Shown in pieces: positions 56,496 through 64,000 of a DNA stretch of 64,000 nucleotides. Below the pieces are notes generated by a model. The model made no database searches. It had not been told where the DNA came from and worked only from the letters and a program-made list of their open reading frames with translations. This DNA comes from a virus, in IMG/VR virus record IMGVR_UViG_3300017767_005578, positions 9 to 64,008 of that record; one strand, given 5' to 3'. The translations under genes were made by a program, and so were the position numbers. Each line of letters opens with the position of its first letter. Within the stretch, counting starts at the first letter, position 1.

Positions 56496-56695
56496 TAAAA
56501 CATGTTCTTTTTATGGTCAGGATTGGATTTAAAATACTCGTCTTTTATCTCTACTGATTTATGTATATAAAATGTGTAACCATCAGGAGAGGTGTTTTTA
56601 CAAGTAACAAATGTTTCATCAATCTTACACACTTCGTATTCTTCTCCTTTGTAGGTAAAGACATCTCCTTTTTTTAAATGTAAAATTTTACTCAT
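56495..56695 (-). CDS. small hypothetical protein
   Basis: ORF track. Confidence 0.5.
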   Translation of the reverse strand: MSKILHLKKGDVFTYKGEEYEVCKIDETFVTCKNTSPDGYTFYIHKSVEIKDEYFKSNPDHKKNMF

Positions 56696-56709
56696 GCTAA
56701 AATGTTTAT

Positions 56710-56734
56710 AAAAAAAAGAGGGTTTTACCCCTCC
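56710..56734 (-). terminator. intrinsic terminator
   Basis: GAGGG/CCCTC stem followed by T-run on the minus strand. Confidence 0.5.
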
Positions 56735-57870
56735 TTATAATTTTTAATGTTCACTCTAAAAGTAGCTCTTTTTCCTTCAGGGCGTTTATTAAGTATTCTA
56801 CCATTGTCTCCAAAAGAGATAACCTCATCATACTTAGAGAAAGCCATAATCTTTTGCTTTAGCTTGTCCTTGGTTTTTTCAAGCAAAGCTATATCATCTG
56901 TACAAGTTTTATACTGTACAGCTATATCCCATTCTTCCTCTTCTCCTTTTCTAGATGTGTCTTCGTAAGATACTTTATACTTGTCTTTATAAAACTCTAA
57001 ATAAGCTTCGTTTCCTGACGGCTCTGGTTCTATGTCTGTTATTTGCCTATCTATCTCCAGCTCATCACCTTCAGAGTTGTATATGTCTCTAGCCATAGTC
57101 ACACGATTCCAGAACTCATAAGACTTTACGATAATCTCTTGACATAATTCTAGGTCCATGTCTAAAGGCAATACATTAAAGTCCACACCTGCTACTAGGT
57201 ATGCAAGTTCAGAGTATGTAATACCTAACACTATCATTTGAAGGTTTGTTTGAACTACGTACCTGTGTGGTATTCCTAGTTCATACTTCTCTGCTGCGAA
57301 CTGAGAAACCATCTTTATTTCTAGAGAAGCGTCTGACTCGATTACCTCACCTGTAAAGGGTGAAACCTGTCCTCCTGGGATAAAGAAGTCTAAGGAAGCT
57401 GATAAATGCGGATAGTTGATGTTTACAGCGTAACAAGGGATAGGAACTTTAGTTCTAATCTTTTTAGCTTGCGTCCAGTTATCTACCCAACCTGTTTCAG
57501 TTCCATCGTAGAACTCCCATAGGTCTGATATTTTCTCCTCAAAGTGCAAACCGTTTACAGTAAACTTTGTTGCAAAGGGAGGTATGTCGTAATCTATCTT
57601 ACTTCTGAAAAGTTTTACAGAATCACCATACTCATCCATTTCTATAATTGTAGCTATCTCTGATGATCCTATTGTATTTTTTCTAAACGAATACCAATCT
57701 TCATTTCTTTTACCTTCAATAAACTGAGGGATAAAAAAACCGTATACATCTTCTTTTATTTGTTTAGCGTACTTAGCGTATTCTCCTAAGTGTGCGATTT
57801 CCTCTGGTAGGTTACACCCAAGATTATCTAATGATAAATCTATTTTATTCATTTCCAATGTTGTTGACAT
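56725..57870 (-). CDS. YqaJ-like (lambda-Exo family) exonuclease
   Basis: WYSFRKNTIGSSEIATI, G..FE, LSASLD, LEIK, YVVQTNLQM. Confidence 0.85.
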   Translation of the reverse strand: MSTTLEMNKIDLSLDNLGCNLPEEIAHLGEYAKYAKQIKEDVYGFFIPQFIEGKRNEDWYSFRKNTIGSSEIATIIEMDEYGDSVKLFRSKIDYDIPPFATKFTVNGLHFEEKISDLWEFYDGTETGWVDNWTQAKKIRTKVPIPCYAVNINYPHLSASLDFFIPGGQVSPFTGEVIESDASLEIKMVSQFAAEKYELGIPHRYVVQTNLQMIVLGITYSELAYLVAGVDFNVLPLDMDLELCQEIIVKSYEFWNRVTMARDIYNSEGDELEIDRQITDIEPEPSGNEAYLEFYKDKYKVSYEDTSRKGEEEEWDIAVQYKTCTDDIALLEKTKDKLKQKIMAFSKYDEVISFGDNGRILNKRPEGKRATFRVNIKNYKEG

Positions 57871-57950
57871 ATTAATTGTAGATTAAAGAAACGGGCTTCA
57901 CCTACTCCCGTTTTGAATTAAGGCTTCTTTATAACTGCTACGTGTAATAT

Positions 57951-58610
57951 TTAAAAAGGTAAATCGTCATCCTCCTCATACGAAGGCTCTTCTTTTTTTG
58001 TTTCTAATGGCTTTGATTTTAAAAAGTTATCTACTTCTTCCGCTGCTTGTTTTAGTTCAGGAGAAACGGTGTTTAGTATGTTGTCCTCAGCAGGTTTTAA
58101 TTGAGAACACATTTCTTTAAGCTTTTCATGAAGCTCGAAACGGTCATAGTCTGTTCTATCTCTAAGCTTTGTTACCTTAGTCAATTCCATTTGCTCTTCG
58201 ATACTAAGTTTCCACTTAGGTCTGTCATCTCCGTTTATCGTTAGATAAGCTGTTGGAAATGATTTACCGTCTTTAGATCTTGTTGCTAATGAAATCTTAA
58301 TCAATCCTAACTCTGGGTAAGAGGAAAGTGTATTAAGAATACCTCTACCCACCATGCTTAGTGATGATTCAATAACATAGTCCATACCGTCATCGGTAAT
58401 GGTAAGATTAAAAACTTCTGTTTTGTCGCCTTTATATTCATTAACCTGAAAGTTAATAGATTTAAAATAGCCACTAACAAATGTTTCGCTTTGTGTGTGC
58501 TGATACTTTCCTGTTTCAGCGTTCTTCTGATAAACCTTAAACACTGGTTTTTCTTCTTTAGTGTTTAGTTTTAAATAAGTCTTCGGAGCATTATCTCTTC
58601 CTAGTCCCAT
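57951..58610 (-). CDS. probable single-stranded DNA-binding protein
   Basis: Acidic C-terminal tail EEDDDLPF; beta-rich; located between exonuclease and primase-helicase. Confidence 0.6.
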   Translation of the reverse strand: MGLGRDNAPKTYLKLNTKEEKPVFKVYQKNAETGKYQHTQSETFVSGYFKSINFQVNEYKGDKTEVFNLTITDDGMDYVIESSLSMVGRGILNTLSSYPELGLIKISLATRSKDGKSFPTAYLTINGDDRPKWKLSIEEQMELTKVTKLRDRTDYDRFELHEKLKEMCSQLKPAEDNILNTVSPELKQAAEEVDNFLKSKPLETKKEEPSYEEDDDLPF

Positions 58611-58638
58611 AATATATAAAATTTAATTGTTTACTAAT

Positions 58639-60684
58639 TTAATAAGGAGGTTCTTCTGGTCTACTGTCCTTGAAAACCGTTCCCTTGTTGTAATTGTTAA
58701 TACCTTCTGCTTCAGAGGGTTGTTGCTGTTCAAATACGTAATCATCAAAGTTTGGTCTTTCATCTTTCGTACTGACAAATTCTTCCCCTAAGATAGTCTT
58801 TTTAAACCATCCTCGCAAAGGACTTTCGTTGTCAGAATCATAAAAACTGAAAAAATCTCTATGCTTACCTCTACCCATATTCAGGAGTACAGGGCTATCC
58901 ATTGGAGTTTCTAAACCGCCAGTATGTTTTGACTTTACTTTTTTAACAGCTATCTGTGTTTGGTTTCTTAATTCCTCAACAAACTTGTATCTATGAACTA
59001 ATAACATGTGGGTGCATTTGTTTTCCCATACTACACCATCAGCAAGGTCAGCAGCATTCAACGGAGCAGGATTACCTTTTAAATCTCCTGATTGATGAAC
59101 TCTTCGTGCTGACTCTGTATTGGAGTGCATACCTATGTATAAAGACATATTCTTATGCTTACACCACTTCTGTAGCTTGGTGGCCACTTGAAGTGTGTAT
59201 TGATAAGTATTAAGCTTTCTGTCAACCTCTGTATAATCCACAGTTAAAGCGTTCCAAGGGTCTATAAACAGATAATCAAACTTACCCTTTTTAGCCTCTA
59301 TCTTTTCAACCATACTAAGAATATCCAAGTAGCTTAACATATCTTCTGTTTCTATAAAAGCAAAGTTTTTGTCAAGGTATTTCAATCCTTTGTCTATATG
59401 TTGTTTGGGTATGTCTTTAACTTTTTCACCATACAAAAACTCAAGCACAAATACCTTAAGTTCCCATGCAGGATTCTCGGTGCTGTATATGATGACACGC
59501 TTACCATGAAGGGCATTAGCTAGAGCAAAAAGAAAACAAGCGATAGTGGTTTTACCTAAACCTGCCGTACCTCCTATAATATCAAAAGCTTGGTCCTTAA
59601 ACCTATAATGCCTATCTAAGTCTTTATACCCTGTTGATAGTCCCATTGGTATCTTACCACTAGCAAAGTCATGTATATAAGAGTTAGCCTCATCACCTAC
59701 AATAAACTCATGGGTGTTATCAACCTCAACAGGCTCATCTTTGGTTTTATACTTAGACTCTGGATTAGTTCCATAGCCCATATCTCTAAGCTCCCTAGCA
59801 GCTTGTTTAGGGTCTCCTCCGCATTGTAGTACTGTGTATATTCCAAAAGGACTATATGATCTAGTGCTATCAAATATTGAAGATGTGCTAAACACTCTAA
59901 GCAAGTTGTGTGCTATTGAAAAGTTACCCGATGTAGGGCTGTTGCTTCCTGGTCTTACAACTGGTATTTTCTCATTCTTCACTTCTTTTAATTCCCAACC
60001 ATGACTTTCCATAACCATTTTCCAATGGTGGTTGTCATCGTTATAAGCATCCCAAGGCGGTATCCCTACGCTGTTATATACAACTTGTGGCTTCTCTTGA
60101 AATACGGGAGGTAGAATCTCATCAAAAGTTCTACAACAAGCAAAAAGAGTATCTCTTTCTTTTTGGGTAATTAACTTTAAATTAAGAAGTTTACCTTGCT
60201 CTATCTCGTAACCTTCAGAAGGGTGGCAAACAACATAAGCGTTGGCTGACCTAGTTTCTAAAAGCACTAACCTTTTTTGTCCTTCTTTAGCTTCCTTTTC
60301 TGTAGGTTCTCTTTGAGCAAGTTTAACACTTCCCTCTTGTTTTCCTTCCACTTTGTATAAAAGGTGAAAGCCTTTGTTTTTTGTTGTCGATATAGTTAGC
60401 TTTTTCCAAAGTCCAGGACAGAAGAGTTCTACTCTGTCTTCTAAAAGCTCCATAAAGTCACCCTCTCCTATCCAGTATTTAGCGTCTACATCTACAACTT
60501 GAACACCTGCTATCTCACCTGTTACAAGTCCTACAGATTGAAACTCAGATATGTCGTCACCTAGTTTGTAAAGTTCTTTGGTGTATTTCTGCCAAGAACT
60601 TATGTTGGGTATTTTATTTTTTTTAAGCGGTATTATGCTATACCCTCTACCTAAGAGGGATTCAAGTTTGTCTCTAGTAATCAT
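58639..60684 (-). CDS. primase (Prim-Pol type)-DnaB-like helicase fusion
   Basis: GYSIIPL..KIP...W, VGLVTG..VVDVD, LLETR; Walker A GGTAGLGKTT, Walker B FIDPWN. Confidence 0.85.
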   Translation of the reverse strand: MITRDKLESLLGRGYSIIPLKKNKIPNISSWQKYTKELYKLGDDISEFQSVGLVTGEIAGVQVVDVDAKYWIGEGDFMELLEDRVELFCPGLWKKLTISTTKNKGFHLLYKVEGKQEGSVKLAQREPTEKEAKEGQKRLVLLETRSANAYVVCHPSEGYEIEQGKLLNLKLITQKERDTLFACCRTFDEILPPVFQEKPQVVYNSVGIPPWDAYNDDNHHWKMVMESHGWELKEVKNEKIPVVRPGSNSPTSGNFSIAHNLLRVFSTSSIFDSTRSYSPFGIYTVLQCGGDPKQAARELRDMGYGTNPESKYKTKDEPVEVDNTHEFIVGDEANSYIHDFASGKIPMGLSTGYKDLDRHYRFKDQAFDIIGGTAGLGKTTIACFLFALANALHGKRVIIYSTENPAWELKVFVLEFLYGEKVKDIPKQHIDKGLKYLDKNFAFIETEDMLSYLDILSMVEKIEAKKGKFDYLFIDPWNALTVDYTEVDRKLNTYQYTLQVATKLQKWCKHKNMSLYIGMHSNTESARRVHQSGDLKGNPAPLNAADLADGVVWENKCTHMLLVHRYKFVEELRNQTQIAVKKVKSKHTGGLETPMDSPVLLNMGRGKHRDFFSFYDSDNESPLRGWFKKTILGEEFVSTKDERPNFDDYVFEQQQPSEAEGINNYNKGTVFKDSRPEEPPY

Positions 60685-60989
60685 TATTTATATTTTTCAG
60701 CAAACTTTCTTAAACCATTAATCTCCTCTTCTTCTATATTACCCTCGTTATCTATTTTATTAATAAACTCTAGCAGCCCTTCTGATAGTAGTACATGTTG
60801 TTTAAGCAGTTCTGATACGGCTTCTACGTACCTTAATCTAAACTCTGCTTCTTTTTTATATCTATTGTAGGCTTTAGGGTCTTTCGGGGTAAAATTTCCT
60901 TTCTCTAACGCTCCTAATGAGTTAAGCTTTGCTTCACATTGGTCAATTAAGTAATCGTTACCTTTTTGGATTTTATCTATTAAGTTCAC
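60684..60989 (-). CDS. hypothetical protein
   Basis: ORF track; coupled to neighbours. Confidence 0.55.
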   Translation of the reverse strand: MNLIDKIQKGNDYLIDQCEAKLNSLGALEKGNFTPKDPKAYNRYKKEAEFRLRYVEAVSELLKQHVLLSEGLLEFINKIDNEGNIEEEEINGLRKFAEKYK

Positions 60990-60992
60990 TGT

Positions 60993-61634
60993 CTATTCTT
61001 TTTTATCAAACTCATAAAAATAACCATCTTCTACAGCCCATTTGTGAGCATTCTCACAGAAGAACTCATGGGTGCTTACCTTGAAGTCTGGCGGAGTTAG
61101 TTTATTTGATGTCAAAGACTGATCATAGAATAAAACCCTGTTGTTTGGTTGAGCAGCAAACTGACCGTTATCCATCTTTATAATATTAAAAGACTTGTGT
61201 TCGTTAGGTGTTTGCGAAAGGCTCACATTTAATTCATTAGGCTCTGAATGACAGCTATCAATAGTAAATAGATAATAACCCTTGTGGAACTTTTTATCTT
61301 TCATATACACTTGACAGTCTATATTCTTTAATATTGTTTTTTCAATGACAGTTATATTATACGAAAAACAATCCCATATTTGCAAGTAATCTAATGGAAC
61401 AAATGTATCAACATCAACGTCTTTTTTCCAGACAAAAGCTGATATAGGTAGTTTATCATATAAAGCTCCGTATTCAGTTAGGTAGGCTTCAATGTAAAGT
61501 GCTTTTCCTAATATGGACTTTACACTTACCCAATAACATGGTTCATAATCTCCATGTCCTTCGTCAAAATCATACAGGTATTCTCTTCTGACATAACACT
61601 GTATCTGTGGTAGGTTGGCTACTAGATAACTCAT
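60993..61634 (-). CDS. conserved aquatic-phage protein (YLVANLP..CYVRREYLYD family)
   Basis: Family motifs incl. QIWDCFSY, HK..NIIKMDNGQFAAQPNNR; function unknown. Confidence 0.65.
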   Translation of the reverse strand: MSYLVANLPQIQCYVRREYLYDFDEGHGDYEPCYWVSVKSILGKALYIEAYLTEYGALYDKLPISAFVWKKDVDVDTFVPLDYLQIWDCFSYNITVIEKTILKNIDCQVYMKDKKFHKGYYLFTIDSCHSEPNELNVSLSQTPNEHKSFNIIKMDNGQFAAQPNNRVLFYDQSLTSNKLTPPDFKVSTHEFFCENAHKWAVEDGYFYEFDKKE

Positions 61635-62263
61635 TTTTTATTATTGACAACATATTCAGTAATAAAAGTCTTAAGTTCTTCGGTAGGCATGGTAACCATA
61701 AACTCTGCTAGGTCTTTGTATTTACCCTCATGGTCGTATCTTTTAAAAGCAGGAGTTAATTGTAGTCTGGTAATACCGAACATCTTTAATCCGTCAGCTA
61801 TTTTTTTCAAGTCAGATACTTTTCTATCGTCTGTAATAAAACTAAGGTCTAACTTCTTGGTGTTTTTCTTAGCTTTCTCCGTAAGGAATTTTCCTTTGGA
61901 AACTTTTTCTTTCTTCTCAACAGTGCCTAACTTTTCTTTAGCGTTACTAACTTCTTCTTTAGAGGCGTAGTTCTCGTTATCACCAATACCTAATGCTCTG
62001 AATGCCCTTCCTATTGCAGAGGTCTCGGCATTCTCTACCCAGCTTGTTTTGTTGATGTTGTTAGTACCTTCTCTTTCAGAAGCTATTCCTGTTGCTACAA
62101 CCTTACCTGAGCCGTTGAGTATCTCACACTTAATAATAACCTGATGCTTACCGTCAATAACACAGGTGTCTAGTAAGTGTGTGGTGATTTTATGGGTTGA
62201 AAATTCTTTTTTAAATATAGCTTGTCGTTCAGCTACTTTCTGATAGTCTTCGTTATAAGTCAT
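61631..62263 (-). CDS. single-strand annealing protein (Sak/Rad52/ERF-like)
   Basis: VATGIASE...SWVENAETSAIGRAF..LGIG motif; same module as the YqaJ exonuclease. Confidence 0.65.
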   Translation of the reverse strand: MTYNEDYQKVAERQAIFKKEFSTHKITTHLLDTCVIDGKHQVIIKCEILNGSGKVVATGIASEREGTNNINKTSWVENAETSAIGRAFRALGIGDNENYASKEEVSNAKEKLGTVEKKEKVSKGKFLTEKAKKNTKKLDLSFITDDRKVSDLKKIADGLKMFGITRLQLTPAFKRYDHEGKYKDLAEFMVTMPTEELKTFITEYVVNNKK

Positions 62264-62387
62264 AAGTCTTCTTGATTGATTTTCGTATTAATTTAGCAAC
62301 AGATACCTTCTTTTGTTTTGCTAGTTCTTTTAGCTTAACAATTACGTCACCCTCTACCCTTATCTGGAACTTTCTATCTTTATTCAT
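62253..62387 (-). CDS. ribbon-helix-helix (CopG-like) protein, 44 aa, absent from ORF track
   Basis: KFQIRV strand, KLKELAKQKKVSVAKLIRKSI helices; ATGA coupling with upstream gene. Confidence 0.65.
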   Translation of the reverse strand: MNKDRKFQIRVEGDVIVKLKELAKQKKVSVAKLIRKSIKKTYDL

Positions 62388-62770
62388 TTTGTTTTTGGAT
62401 TAGCTTTACTTTTTAATTTCTTAGCTTGTTCTTTTGTTACTTTCAAAACCTCACCAGATATTAAGTCTTTAATAAAGTACTTAAGATCTATAAGTTGTTC
62501 AATATTAATATCAGCCATATCCTTAAATATCTCTTCGTATATTTTCTGAATATCCTGAACAAGCTTAACTTCTTTTTCGTTTTTGTGCATAGCACGTTCT
62601 ACGGGGAGTGTTTTCTTTTCAAGTTCTGAAAGAAATTTATTCCCATAATATTTTAATTCTTTAGACCATATTGGGGTTTCTTTAAGGTCTTCAATGTTTT
62701 CCAACATTATAATAGCGTTGGACATAAAAGAGGTGCATAGCCTCTTGTGTTTATTAATAGCTGCTTCCAT
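62384..62770 (-). CDS. hypothetical helical protein
   Basis: ORF track. Confidence 0.55.
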   Translation of the reverse strand: MEAAINKHKRLCTSFMSNAIIMLENIEDLKETPIWSKELKYYGNKFLSELEKKTLPVERAMHKNEKEVKLVQDIQKIYEEIFKDMADINIEQLIDLKYFIKDLISGEVLKVTKEQAKKLKSKANPKTK

Positions 62771-62921
62771 ATTTGTTCATGTTTCCAAGATTGGGTTTAC
62801 TTATTTTTTTTATCATAAATGTGTCACATTTAGGACACTTAACTTTTGTTTTATAAGACTGTACTAGCTTGTCTTTAACTTCGGTTTTGCAATTTTCGCA
62901 AATGTAATCGAATATAGGCAT
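62754..62921 (-). CDS. FmdB-like zinc-ribbon protein (55 aa), absent from ORF track
   Basis: MPIFDYICENC...VKCPKC pattern. Confidence 0.65.
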   Translation of the reverse strand: MPIFDYICENCKTEVKDKLVQSYKTKVKCPKCDTFMIKKISKPNLGNMNKYGSSY

Positions 62922-63100
62922 ACTTAATTGTTTGTTGCTTGATACGTATATATTATTTCAATAGTGACATCTTTATTGCACTTTTCGCATATAAATTTTG
63001 AATCCTCTACGTACCAGTCTGAGTCACAGCATTCTGTTTTAATTTGTTTTAAAGCTTTTTCTGCGTCCACTATACTAAATATTAAATTCTGTTAGTTTTT

Positions 63101-63388
63101 TCATAATCCTGTTTCTTCTATTATTACTATTAATTCCTCTAGTAGTTGCTTTTGAGCCTCTTCGTATCCTTTGCAGTATGGATACCTTGTGCCTATTGTG
63201 TTTTTTGGTCTGTGGTAAGTACCCCTTGCATATATTTTGTAGCAATATTCACTGCCTGTTTTTTCTATCCAAGAAACATACCCCCATCTTCTTCTGAACC
63301 AATCAAAGACCTTGCAGTATGTTACATTATCATCGTATCCTAACTGTCTAACAGCAGATAATTCTTTAGTAGTTATTACATCACTCAT
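63101..63388 (-). CDS. hypothetical protein (start likely MSDV)
   Basis: ORF track; VFDWFR..WG...YEEAQ motif. Confidence 0.55.
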   Translation of the reverse strand: MSDVITTKELSAVRQLGYDDNVTYCKVFDWFRRRWGYVSWIEKTGSEYCYKIYARGTYHRPKNTIGTRYPYCKGYEEAQKQLLEELIVIIEETGL

Positions 63389-63609
63389 ATAAAACAGTTT
63401 AAAACTCTTCAGGTTTTCCAAGGAAAATACTCATAATTCACTTATACTTAAAGCTCCGTAAACGTATAGCACCCAATCTCCAAACTAACACTCTTGGTCG
63501 TGCATTCGCTTCTTAATTAGCCTGAAGAGTTTTGTTAAATTAATCTAATTCACTATCAATGATTGATTCTGTTGCTAAATCATTAACATACTCCTCTAAA
63601 AAGCACATG

Positions 63610-64000
63610 TTAAAAGGAATATACCGCTGCCAGAACTATGCTAGACAGGTTGTCCTTTTGCTCAAATACTTGCTCACTTGCTTTGTCTAATCTATACTCT
63701 AACTTTAGATTCATATTCTCTATTGCATAATCCAAAGTAGTAGTAAAGTTTATAACATTAGCGTCTGCTCCAATTGCTCCAACTCCACTTCCAACTTCAG
63801 CGAAGTACTCACCTCTCAACCCTGCGGTTAATTTACCAAAAGAATATTGAGGATACAAAGCTGCTCCATAAAAACCGTTGCCATCAGTGTCATTATATGT
63901 AGAATTTATTCCTAAATAAAATTTCTCTGACAAGTCATAACCACCTGTTAAGTCAATCTGGAACGTAGCTTCAGAGCTAGGATCTTGCTTTCCTAATAAA
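63610..64000 (-). CDS. outer-membrane beta-barrel porin (BBP2/OmpL-like), 5' part outside the window
   Basis: Frame open to the window edge; amphipathic strands, LRGEYF, KLEYRLD, terminal AAVYSF. Confidence 0.7.
   Translation of the reverse strand, partial: LLGKQDPSSEATFQIDLTGGYDLSEKFYLGINSTYNDTDGNGFYGAALYPQYSFGKLTAGLRGEYFAEVGSGVGAIGADANVINFTTTLDYAIENMNLKLEYRLDKASEQVFEQKDNLSSIVLAAVYSF

Noticed and set aside
62816-62832. Perfect palindrome TAAATGTG-T-CACATTTA matching the early motif
   Set aside because: It lies inside the zinc-ribbon ORF, where it encodes K-C-D-T-F, far from the other copies; most likely coincidental.
892-63343. Many antisense or overlapping ORFs in the track (e.g. 993-1277, 3544-3810, 45735-46289, 58956-59213)
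   Set aside because: They are shadow frames of well-supported genes on the other strand or frame, with no recognisable motifs.
1-64000. Stop-codon reassignment as in some crAss-like phages; tRNA genes
   Set aside because: Long genes are intact in the standard code and TAG/TGA act as normal stops. I recognised no tRNA cloverleaf by eye; tRNAscan was not run.

Overview
This window is about 64 kb of an AT-rich (roughly 30-33% GC) tailed phage, most likely a podovirus of a Bacteroidota/Flavobacteriia host. The host call rests on A-rich non-SD translation starts, TAnnTTTG-type promoters and a Bacteroidota-type porin. Layout: (i) 1-16.4 kb, minus strand: accessory/early genes, including 3 methyltransferase-like genes, a tandem GroES protein, a serine recombinase, Lys-rich mini-proteins and many small hypotheticals. 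(ii) A divergence point at about 16.5 kb with C-run clusters and a sharp flip in strand skew. (iii) 16.8-56.2 kb, plus strand: a morphogenesis module in crAss-like order (terminase, portal, scaffold, major capsid, ring/tail-tube proteins, 1507-aa muzzle, ejection proteins up to 2351 aa, tail fibres, M15 endolysin, holin). (iv) 56.2-64 kb, minus strand: replication/recombination genes (HNH, YqaJ exonuclease, SSB, primase-helicase, annealing protein) and the 3' end of a beta-barrel porin. The strongest unexplained signal is a set of integron attC-like AAC...GTT hairpin sites at 489-1323 and 6525-6818. They delimit small gene cassettes whose two ends are complementary, they show compensatory base changes and one-strand G-T wobble, they host or fuse small ORFs, and no integron integrase is present in the window. 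A second signal is a 15-bp motif repeated 8 times at early-gene junctions; two copies sit in a conserved ~80-nt putative pseudoknot leader. All protein assignments are by motif recognition only; no searches were run.
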